From Cryomorphaceae bacterium ASP10-05a (GTDB lineage: Bacteria > Bacteroidota > Bacteroidia > Flavobacteriales_D > Sanyastnellaceae): a stretch of DNA of 63,790 bases. Positions 56,830 through 63,790 of this stretch are shown piece after piece. Location of the stretch: the NCBI GenBank assembly GCA_000981645.1, contig LAQC01000008.1:1-63790 (forward strand), in the 5' to 3' direction. Made by a program: the position numbers and the translations under genes. How positions within the stretch are numbered: the first letter of the stretch is position 1; every line of letters starts with the position of its first letter. Below the pieces are notes generated by a model, which was not told the origin of the DNA, did no database searches, and saw nothing but the letters and a program-made list of their open reading frames with translations.

Positions 56830-57428
56830 CTAAAAATCTCTCAGATAAAGGGAAACACGATTATGCTTTAGTTCAAAGAGCAATAAACGACCAAGATCAA
56901 AGAGCGTATGCGGAACTCATGGAGCGTTACAGAGATTCTATTTACTTCATGTTACTCAAGATGGTGAATAATACGGATGATGCCGATGATTTGACTATTG
57001 AGGCTTTTGGTAAAGCATTTAAAAGATTAGGCCAGTATACACCAGCGTTTGCATTTAGTACTTGGTTATTTAAAATAGCATCTAATAATGCCATTGATTA
57101 CATCAGAAAGAAAAGAATTAAAGCCCTTTCCCTAGACCAAGGATATACGAATGATGATGGGGACAGCATAGGCTTCGAGGTAAAAGACGATAGACTAGAC
57201 CCAGAAGAAACTTTCGAGAAAAAGCAGAGAGTCTTAAAGATGAGAGAGGTCGTATCTAACCTTAAGCCAAGGTATCGAGAGTTAGTAGAAATGCGCTACT
57301 TCCAAGAACTAAGCTATGAAGAGATTTCTAAAGAATTGGATATTCCTTTGGGTACAGTAAAAGCTCAATTATTCAGAGCTAGAGAATTTCTATATAACTT
57401 AATGAAGCATACTAAAGAAACCATTTAA
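56820..57428 (+). CDS. Sigma-70 family (ECF-type) RNA polymerase sigma factor
   Basis: The 202-aa product has region 2 (DDLTIEAFGKAF...STWLFKIASNNAIDYIRKKR) and a region 4 HTH (LSYEEISKELDIPLGTVKAQLFRARE). It overlaps the upstream GT2 gene by 10 nt. Confidence 0.88.
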   Translation: MDVTKNLSDKGKHDYALVQRAINDQDQRAYAELMERYRDSIYFMLLKMVNNTDDADDLTIEAFGKAFKRLGQYTPAFAFSTWLFKIASNNAIDYIRKKRIKALSLDQGYTNDDGDSIGFEVKDDRLDPEETFEKKQRVLKMREVVSNLKPRYRELVEMRYFQELSYEEISKELDIPLGTVKAQLFRAREFLYNLMKHTKETI

Positions 57429-58063
57429 TGCCTTCTAACATCAGTTTAATAACTAAATACTTCCCTAATCTTAGTGAAGTTCAGATAGAGCAGTTTTCAG
57501 CGTTGCAAAGCTTATATGAGGAATGGAACGCCCAGATAAATGTCATCTCGCGTAAAGATTTAGAAAATCTATATGAAAGACATGTCCTTCATTCATTGGC
57601 TATAGCTAAAGTAAATGATTTCACAGCGGGCAGCAAAGTACTTGATGTAGGAACAGGAGGTGGTTTCCCAGGCATTCCGCTAGCCATACTTTACCCAGAA
57701 GTTTCATTTCATCTAGTAGACTCTATAGGGAAGAAAATAAAGGTAGTAAACGCAGTTAGCGAAGAGATAGGGCTAAAGAACATAACAGCTGCTCATGGCA
57801 GGGCTGAGGATGTCTCTGGCAAGTTTGACTTTGTAGTAAGCAGAGCAGTAGCTAAGTTGCCAGTTTTCATGACGTGGGTTCAAGGGAAATTTGAAAAGAG
57901 ATTCCTAAATCCTAAACCCAATGGTGTTCTCTTTTTAAAAGGTGGTGATTTAAGGGAAGAGATTAAAGAAGTGAATACTACAGTAGACGAGTATGAGCTA
58001 TCTGCTCATTTCGAAGAAGAATTCTTCCAGACTAAAAAAGTGCTCTATATCCGCGTTGTTTAG
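57428..58063 (+). CDS. rsmG: 16S rRNA (guanine527-N7)-methyltransferase
   Basis: The 211-aa product has the SAM motif VLDVGTGGGFPGIPLAI and GidB-like length and context. Its start overlaps the sigma-factor stop (TAATG). Confidence 0.9.
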   Translation: MPSNISLITKYFPNLSEVQIEQFSALQSLYEEWNAQINVISRKDLENLYERHVLHSLAIAKVNDFTAGSKVLDVGTGGGFPGIPLAILYPEVSFHLVDSIGKKIKVVNAVSEEIGLKNITAAHGRAEDVSGKFDFVVSRAVAKLPVFMTWVQGKFEKRFLNPKPNGVLFLKGGDLREEIKEVNTTVDEYELSAHFEEEFFQTKKVLYIRVV

Positions 58064-58072
58064 CGCATAAAA

Positions 58073-58101
58073 AAACCCTTCCAGTTTCCTGAAAGGGTTT
58101 T
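58073..58101. terminator. Putative bidirectional terminator between rsmG and rplI
   Basis: An 8-bp stem pairs aaaccctt (58073-58080) with aagggttt (58093-58100). A-runs and T-runs flank it on both sides. The loop is long, so confidence is moderate. Confidence 0.5.
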
Positions 58102-58125
58102 AAATCTTATTTTTAGTAGGTGGAA

Positions 58126-58572
58126 TTACTCAGCTACTACTTCGAAAGGAACTACTACAGAAACTTCTTTATGAAGCTTTATTGTTACTTCGTACTTCCC
58201 TAATTCTTTGATCGTATCTTCTTTTAAAGAGATACTCTTTCTGTCTATGCTGAATCCTTTAGCTGTTAAAGCTTCAGATAATTGAATGCTGTTTACAGAA
58301 CCGAAAATCTTTCCGTTCTCACTAGCTTTAGCTCCTATACTTAGAGTTACTTTCTCCATTTTAGTAGCTAATGCCTCAGCATTCCCTTTTATCTTGAGTT
58401 CTTTGTGAGCTCTCTGCTTAATGTTTTCAGAATGCATTTTTAATGCAGACTTAGTAGCCATTTTACCATAACCCTTAGGGATAAGGTAATTTCTAGCAAA
58501 ACCTGGCTTTACATTCACCACGTCATTAATACTTCCTACGTGATCTACGTCTTGTAATAAAATTATTTCCAT
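58126..58572 (-). CDS. rplI: 50S ribosomal protein L9
   Basis: The 148-aa product has the N-terminus MEIILLQDVDHVGSINDVVNVKPGFARNYLIPKG. Confidence 0.96.
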   Translation of the reverse strand: MEIILLQDVDHVGSINDVVNVKPGFARNYLIPKGYGKMATKSALKMHSENIKQRAHKELKIKGNAEALATKMEKVTLSIGAKASENGKIFGSVNSIQLSEALTAKGFSIDRKSISLKEDTIKELGKYEVTIKLHKEVSVVVPFEVVAE

Positions 58573-58578
58573 GGTTTC

Positions 58579-58842
58579 TTATTTCATTAAATCAGTTACA
58601 TATGGTAAAAGAGCTAAGTGACGAGCCTTCTTAATTGCCTGACCTACTTTTCTCTGATACTTTAGAGTAGTTCCAGTTAATCTTCTTGGAAGAATCTTAC
58701 CCTGCTCATTCACAAGCATAGATAAATAATCTGGATCTTTATAATCGATGTACTTTATTCCATTCTTCTTGAACCTACAATATTTCTCCTTAGAGGTTTC
58801 AATATTAATAGGATTTAGATATCTAACGTTCTTATCTGCCAT
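58579..58842 (-). CDS. rpsR: 30S ribosomal protein S18
   Basis: The 87-aa product contains [27 protein letters not shown]...[19 protein letters not shown]. Confidence 0.96.
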   Translation of the reverse strand: MADKNVRYLNPINIETSKEKYCRFKKNGIKYIDYKDPDYLSMLVNEQGKILPRRLTGTTLKYQRKVGQAIKKARHLALLPYVTDLMK

Positions 58843-58857
58843 AATCTTAGGGTTTTA

Positions 58858-59217
58858 TTAAGCTTCTGTAGAGCTTTTAGAGTTAGACTTAATTTTAACT
58901 TTTCTTTTTTCAGCATAATCTAAATGGTGCCTGTCCATTCTAGTAGTAAGGAATCTAAGCACACGCTCATCTCTCTTAAACTCTACCTCGAAAGGATTAA
59001 TAATAGCTCCTGGTGCTTCAAACTCCATAAGGTAGTAGAATCCAGTAGATTTTTTCTGAATAGGGTAAGCTAATTTCTTTAGTCCCCAGTTCTCATTTTG
59101 GCTGACCTTGCCACCGTTGCTTTTTACAAAGTCTTGATACTTCTTTACTGCTTCCTTTGCCTGGTCATCTGACAAAACGGGAGTTAAAATGAAAACAGTT
59201 TCGTATTTGTTTAACAT
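58858..59217 (-). CDS. rpsF: 30S ribosomal protein S6
   Basis: The 119-aa product contains [15 protein letters not shown]...[13 protein letters not shown]. Confidence 0.95.
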   Translation of the reverse strand: MLNKYETVFILTPVLSDDQAKEAVKKYQDFVKSNGGKVSQNENWGLKKLAYPIQKKSTGFYYLMEFEAPGAIINPFEVEFKRDERVLRFLTTRMDRHHLDYAEKRKVKIKSNSKSSTEA

Positions 59218-59249
59218 ATGTTTAAAAAATTAAATTTTAAAAAGGAGCG

Positions 59250-59257
59250 CAAAAGTA
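59250..59257 (-). promoter_or_regulatory. Candidate -7 box (TACTTTTG) for the rpsF-rpsR-rplI operon
   Basis: The box matches TAnnTTTG on the minus strand, 32 nt upstream of the ATG at 59217. Confidence 0.55.
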
Positions 59258-59320
59258 GGGAATATCTGTGATTTACCGAAATTACTCGACCTGTAAATAT
59301 CTCTACCAATTGCATTGAAT

Positions 59321-59352
59321 AAAAAAGAGCTGCGAAGTTCGCAGCTCTTTTT
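59321..59352 (-). terminator. Rho-independent terminator of secDF
   Basis: A perfect palindrome pairs agagctgcg (59326-59334) with cgcagctct (59340-59348). On the minus strand a T-run follows (A6 at 59321-59326 on +). Confidence 0.8.
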
Positions 59353-59374
59353 AAATATGCGGAATAAGTTATGT

Positions 59375-62300
59375 CTAGTTTTTAACTGACTTACTGAAGT
59401 CAATTACTGAAGGAGTAGCTATAAATATCGAACTATATGTTCCTACTACTACACCTACCATCAAGGCGAATGTAAATCCTCTAATAGAATCACTACCTAA
59501 AATAAAGATGGATAACAATACTACAAATGTACTAGCAGAAGTGTTTATAGTTCTACTTAACGTACTGTTAAGTGCCTTATTAATTACTTCCTTCTCATCT
59601 TCTTTCTTGTAGATTCCTAAGTACTCTCTAATTCTATCGAATACTACAACGGTATCATTTATAGAATAACCAATGACAGTAAGAATGGCGGCTATGAATG
59701 CTTGATCCACTTCTAGTGTAAACGGTAAGAACAAAGATCCTATTGAGTAAATAGATAATACGATTATCACATCATGTATCATAGCTAATAAGGCGCCTAG
59801 TCCATACTGCCATTTTCTAAATCTTAAGAAGATATAGAAGAAGATAATCAGTAATGCTATAATAGTAGCGTTTCTAGCATCTCTTTTAAAGTCATCAGAG
59901 ATAGATGAATCTACATCTCTAGTCTCAGGGTTAGTGAAGCCACTAAGTCCCATTCCTTCTAAAGTCGAAGTGATAAGCGCTCTAGTTTTTTCTGAACCTG
60001 TGTCTTTATCTTCTAAAAGATAATCAGTAGTAATTCTGATTTTGTCTTTAGAAGTTCCCAAATCTTTCACAGTAATACTGTTTGGGTTGAAAGCCGTGGT
60101 TAACTCGTTTCTTATCTCATCAGTATTGACAGCCGTTTCAAATTTGAAGGTGTTTTCTCTACCTCCGTTGAACTCTACACCGTAGTTAAGTCCACCGCTG
60201 AATAATGCAACTAATCCTAACGTTACTACCACTCCAGATAAAATGTAGAATTTCTTTCTGTTGTCTACGAATCTGTAGTTTAGGTTAGTGAACCAGTTCT
60301 GAGTAGTAGGAGTAGAAAATGCGATATCTTTCTTCTTATCCATTCTATTCCAGAAAATTAATCTAGTAATAACAATAGCTGAGAATAATGAGGTAAAAAT
60401 ACCTATGATTAGCGTAGTAGCGAATCCCTTGATAGCTCCTGAACCGAATACGAATAGAACGATAGCTGTTAAAAGCGTAGTAATGTTAGCATCGAAGATT
60501 GCAGAATAAGCTTTTTGGTAACCTTCAGTAAGCGCTACTTTTAGCCCTTTACCCATTCTCATTTCCTCTCTAATTCTTTCGAAGATAAGAACGTTAGCAT
60601 CCACGGCCATACCTAAGGTAAGTACTAAACCTGCTATTCCTGGTAAAGTAAGCGTGGCTCCTATAGCGGCTAAACCTCCTATTAATAAGAAGATGTTTAA
60701 GACCAGCGCGATATCAGATACCACACCTGCTCTACTATAGTAGAATAACATGTAAGCCATAATCACTAACAATGCGATGATGAATGACCAAGCACCAGCA
60801 CTAATGTTTTCAGCTCCTAATGTAGGGCCCACGATTTCTGTATTTACAATCTTAGCAGGAGCAGGAAGTGAACCCGCTTCTAATAAGTTAGCTAAATCAG
60901 TACCTTCTTCTACTTGCTGAGAATAAGATCCTGTTCCCATAGAGATAGAAGAACTACCATTTAAGATAGGACTATTTACAGAAGGAGCACTATAAACTAA
61001 ACCATCTAAAGTGATCGCTATTGCTTTGTTTGGTCTAGAAGGATCTCCATCGTAAGCTGCTTGAGTCATTTTACCCCAAGCTTGAGCTCCTTCACTATTC
61101 ATTTGCATAGAAACTTCTACTCCACCGTACTGGTCGAAAGTTTGTATTGCATTGGTAATAGTTCCACCATTCAATTCAGATTTTTCTCTTCTGCTCACAT
61201 CATTTAATGCGTAAAGCGAATAGAACTCAGTTCCAGTATCACTCACGCTAGGCTTAGCATCCCATCTTAAAAGAATATTTTCTGGGATTATAGAAGACGA
61301 AAATAATCTTCCTCCAGAATCCTTAGTGTTTAGTACTTCAGAGATTCTGTCTTTTCCTTCCGAAGTAACTCTGAATAATACAGAAGATCTAGGAATTCCT
61401 TGACCATTACTTCCGTAGTTACCCGAATAGGAGGCTATTGGATATCTTCTAGTGTAGATATCACCGTCAATAGTTCTGGTTACAGATACGGAGTCATTTC
61501 CATCGGCATCTTTTAAAGGCTCATTTGTACTTAAGTCTAAAGCTGGAATACTATCTGTAGTGAATAGCTCAGCTGTGAAAGCTGACGGGTCTTTATACTT
61601 AGCTACTACTGAATCTAATTGCTCTAGGTATTGGAACGCTGCCTTTCCACCTACTATTTCAGTGTTTTCAAACACAGGCCAGAATTCTAATTCAGCAGTT
61701 TCCTTAATAAGTTTTATAATCCTATCTGGATTATCTACACCTGCTAATTCTACTAAGATTCTTCCAGTAGAAGATTGTCGTTGTATGTTAGGCTGAGATA
61801 CACCGAAACGGTCAATTCTCTGTCTTAAGATATTCTCAGTATTGTCAATAGCTGATTCAGCTTCGACTCTAAGAATTTCTATGACATCATCATCCGTTTT
61901 AGCTGTCTGAAATTTCTCTGTATAATCTCTATTGATAAAGATCTTAGGGAGTTTTTCTTCTCCAGCTACCTTGTTATTAGCCCAAGCGTTAGCAAATAAG
62001 GTGATGAAATCATCGTTAGAACTTGTCTGAGCTTCTCTAGCCTGAGCCATAGTAGCTGTAAATGCAGGGAACTTTGATTTCGCACTTAAATTTTCTACTA
62101 ACTCTGGTACAGATACTTCTAAGGTAACACTCATTCCACCTTGAAGATCAAGACCTAAATTTAACTCTTGGTCTTTTACCTCTCTGTAGCTATGCCCTAA
62201 TACAGGGTAAGCTTGACTACCAGCACTATCTATTAAGAATTTTCTCGTTCTTTCCTCCGCTGTCATCGTATTTAACGAATCAGCCTCCGAAGCTTCTATG

Positions 62301-62416
62301 GCAAAGGCTGCCGCTTGGTCTTCGAATCTACTTGAGAAAAAGTTAAAAGATAATTGGTACAGGCAAGCTAGAACTAGCAACACTGTGAATATCCAAATCG
62401 CACTTCTATTTTCCAT
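59375..62416 (-). CDS. secDF: Fused protein translocase subunit SecDF
   Basis: The 1013-aa product has a SecD periplasmic domain plus a 6-TM block, followed by a SecF 6-TM block (LDLQGGMSVTLEV; GMAVDANVLIFERIREE; GYSINDTVVVFDRIRE). Confidence 0.95.
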   Translation of the reverse strand: MENRSAIWIFTVLLVLACLYQLSFNFFSSRFEDQAAAFAIEASEADSLNTMTAEERTRKFLIDSAGSQAYPVLGHSYREVKDQELNLGLDLQGGMSVTLEVSVPELVENLSAKSKFPAFTATMAQAREAQTSSNDDFITLFANAWANNKVAGEEKLPKIFINRDYTEKFQTAKTDDDVIEILRVEAESAIDNTENILRQRIDRFGVSQPNIQRQSSTGRILVELAGVDNPDRIIKLIKETAELEFWPVFENTEIVGGKAAFQYLEQLDSVVAKYKDPSAFTAELFTTDSIPALDLSTNEPLKDADGNDSVSVTRTIDGDIYTRRYPIASYSGNYGSNGQGIPRSSVLFRVTSEGKDRISEVLNTKDSGGRLFSSSIIPENILLRWDAKPSVSDTGTEFYSLYALNDVSRREKSELNGGTITNAIQTFDQYGGVEVSMQMNSEGAQAWGKMTQAAYDGDPSRPNKAIAITLDGLVYSAPSVNSPILNGSSSISMGTGSYSQQVEEGTDLANLLEAGSLPAPAKIVNTEIVGPTLGAENISAGAWSFIIALLVIMAYMLFYYSRAGVVSDIALVLNIFLLIGGLAAIGATLTLPGIAGLVLTLGMAVDANVLIFERIREEMRMGKGLKVALTEGYQKAYSAIFDANITTLLTAIVLFVFGSGAIKGFATTLIIGIFTSLFSAIVITRLIFWNRMDKKKDIAFSTPTTQNWFTNLNYRFVDNRKKFYILSGVVVTLGLVALFSGGLNYGVEFNGGRENTFKFETAVNTDEIRNELTTAFNPNSITVKDLGTSKDKIRITTDYLLEDKDTGSEKTRALITSTLEGMGLSGFTNPETRDVDSSISDDFKRDARNATIIALLIIFFYIFLRFRKWQYGLGALLAMIHDVIIVLSIYSIGSLFLPFTLEVDQAFIAAILTVIGYSINDTVVVFDRIREYLGIYKKEDEKEVINKALNSTLSRTINTSASTFVVLLSIFILGSDSIRGFTFALMVGVVVGTYSSIFIATPSVIDFSKSVKN

Positions 62417-62443
62417 TGTTTATGGTTTAATTTTAAAGAGCCG

Positions 62444-62451
62444 CAAATATA
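62444..62451 (-). promoter_or_regulatory. Candidate -7 box (TATATTTG) for secDF
   Basis: The box matches TAnnTTTG on the minus strand, 27 nt upstream of the ATG at 62416. Confidence 0.5.
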
Positions 62452-62714
62452 AAAATACACGGCTTAATAGGCAATATCAATTTTATACTGAAAATCAACT
62501 GTTTAGTAAAAATATTCTACTATTAGCAACCTCAATTAGACAGGTTTATACTCATAGTGCTTAGGTTCCGTTACATTTTTGCGAGACTATTATTACAGTT
62601 CGTTAAAATCATTATTGGTTTTTATTTGTAGCGGTGAAATCATGACTCTAGCATAAATGAATGAGAGGGTTAATTATTTTGGAGTTTTAGCTTAGAGTAA
62701 ATAGATGTTTCTAG

Positions 62715-62722
62715 TACTTTTG
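62715..62722 (+). promoter_or_regulatory. Candidate -7 box (TACTTTTG) for the DUF4159-like gene
   Basis: The box matches TAnnTTTG, 25 nt upstream of the ATG at 62748. Confidence 0.5.
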
Positions 62723-62747
62723 AGATTCATCTTAACGCATAGCCATA

Positions 62748-63422
62748 ATGAAGAATAATCCACTATATATTACAAGCTGTTTGTTGGTCATACTGCTAAC
62801 TTATACGTCATTTAGTGATTATACCTTTCAGGTAGGAGTGATGAAGTATAATGGGGGAGGAGATTGGTATTCGAATCCTACTTCAGTCCCTAATTTAGTA
62901 AAGTTTTGCAACGCTAATTTAAACACCTCTATAGACAAGGAAGTCCCTTATGTAGAAGTGGGAGGTCCAGATTTGTTTAATTATCCATTTATTCACATGA
63001 CAGGCCATGGCAATGTGGTGTTCTCTTCTTCTGAGTCTGATAACCTTAGAATGTACCTAGAGGCTGGCGGTTTTCTCCATATTGATGATAATTATGGAAT
63101 GGATCCTTTTGTTAGGATTCAAATGAAAAGAGTTTTTCCTGAATTGGATTTTATAGAACTCCCATTTGATCACCCTATTTATCATCAGAAATACGATTTC
63201 TCCAATGGATTGCCTAAAGTTCATCAACATGATAAAAAAGCTCCACAGGGGTTTGGGTTAATCTTAGAAGGAAGGTTAATGTGCTTTTATACCTATGAGT
63301 GTGATTTAGGTGATGGGTGGGAGGATTACGAAGTGCATAAAGACTCTGAAGAAACAAGAACGAATGCACTAAAAATGGGAGCTAATATTATGCAGTACGC
63401 CCTAATGGGGAATCAGGATTAA
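62748..63422 (+). CDS. DUF4159-like protein
   Basis: The 224-aa product has an N-terminal hydrophobic segment and the characteristic YNGGGDWYSNPTSVPNL segment. The family assignment is from memory. Confidence 0.65.
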   Translation: MKNNPLYITSCLLVILLTYTSFSDYTFQVGVMKYNGGGDWYSNPTSVPNLVKFCNANLNTSIDKEVPYVEVGGPDLFNYPFIHMTGHGNVVFSSSESDNLRMYLEAGGFLHIDDNYGMDPFVRIQMKRVFPELDFIELPFDHPIYHQKYDFSNGLPKVHQHDKKAPQGFGLILEGRLMCFYTYECDLGDGWEDYEVHKDSEETRTNALKMGANIMQYALMGNQD

Positions 63423-63790
63423 TCTTTTAATTTGTTATAAAAGAGTTTCTTATAAAGTGTAACGAACAAGGTAGACGCAGCTAAGGTAAACGTAGCTGCT
63501 AGAAAAGACACGTTAGTAATTCCGTAACCATACAGAACAGCAAACACGGCGAGTAATTGGGCTACTAAATAAATCCAGAACCCTATTTTTTTCTGCAGAA
63601 ACATTAAGCAAACGGCTAAAATGGTGAGGTAATAAACACCAGTTTTTAGATCGTAATATGCCATCCCGAAATCTTGAAAATGTCTGGCTGATTCGATTAC
63701 TTCTGCACCTATCCAGTCTGGAATCTTCTCTAATATAGGATTGTCACCTAGACTATGGTATAGACTTTTTAGCGTATGAGAAACTTCTTC
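63419..63790 (-). CDS. Membrane protein of unknown function; the 5' end probably lies outside the window
   Basis: The track gives an 81-aa ORF from ATG 63664. The same frame stays open to the window edge (EEVSHTLKSLYHSLGDNPILEKIPDWIGAEVIESARHFQDFG-MAYYD...). The C-terminal part has three hydrophobic helices. Confidence 0.5.
   Translation of the reverse strand, partial: EEVSHTLKSLYHSLGDNPILEKIPDWIGAEVIESARHFQDFGMAYYDLKTGVYYLTILAVCLMFLQKKIGFWIYLVAQLLAVFAVLYGYGITNVSFLAATFTLAASTLFVTLYKKLFYNKLKD

Noticed and set aside
63419-63422. Convergent gene pairs overlapping at their 3' ends. The TTAA at 63419-63422 serves as the stop for both strands. Similar overlaps occur at 13511-13525, 19557-19560 and 30591-30604.
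   Set aside because: This is a normal consequence of genome compaction in AT-rich genomes. There is no evidence of regulatory meaning.

Overview
This window looks like a densely packed core-chromosome segment from an AT-rich member of the Bacteroidota, probably a Flavobacteriia-like organism. Three things support that placement. Many genes are preceded by a TAnnTTTG -7 promoter box. Secreted proteins carry T9SS C-terminal sorting domains. secDF is fused, and the tmRNA encodes the tag GNTSYALAA. I count about 50 protein genes on both strands, and most are recognisable housekeeping genes: valS, ppk1-ppx, acnA, lhgO, holA, dnaX, uvrB, rsmG, rpsF-rpsR-rplI and secDF. There is one ncRNA, ssrA. I saw no rRNA, tRNA, CRISPR array, transposase, integrase, restriction-modification set or toxin-antitoxin pair. 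I also do not find a convincing new multi-gene system of the defence-island type. The observations most worth a second look are these. (1) dnaX has an A10 tract at codons 355-358 with stops 3-5 codons away in both alternative frames, which is the layout expected for gamma-subunit production by slippage. (2) An Hsp15-like S4-domain gene is split by a 1-nt frameshift that includes an 8-nt homopolymer, and its tail overlaps a GNAT gene. (3) A small secreted Lys/Ser-rich protein carries two CxxxCxxxC triads and has its own terminator. (4) A 1039-aa T9SS type-B cargo protein combines a CSLREA/Pmp-like beta-helix, about 200 residues of near-pure glycine, and Ig-like Cys repeats. (5) A second giant repeat adhesin at the left edge is absent from the ORF track and has no canonical start codon. 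(6) A UbiA / small GT2 / processive GT2 / GT-C gene group points to polyprenyl-phosphate-sugar-dependent envelope glycosylation. (7) A stop-less, start-less 67-codon open frame sits between the UbiA gene and the tmRNA terminator. Five ORF-track starts are over-extended, and I corrected them using -7 boxes, terminators and signal peptides. All functional calls rest on motifs I could read in the translations plus family knowledge. No database search was run.
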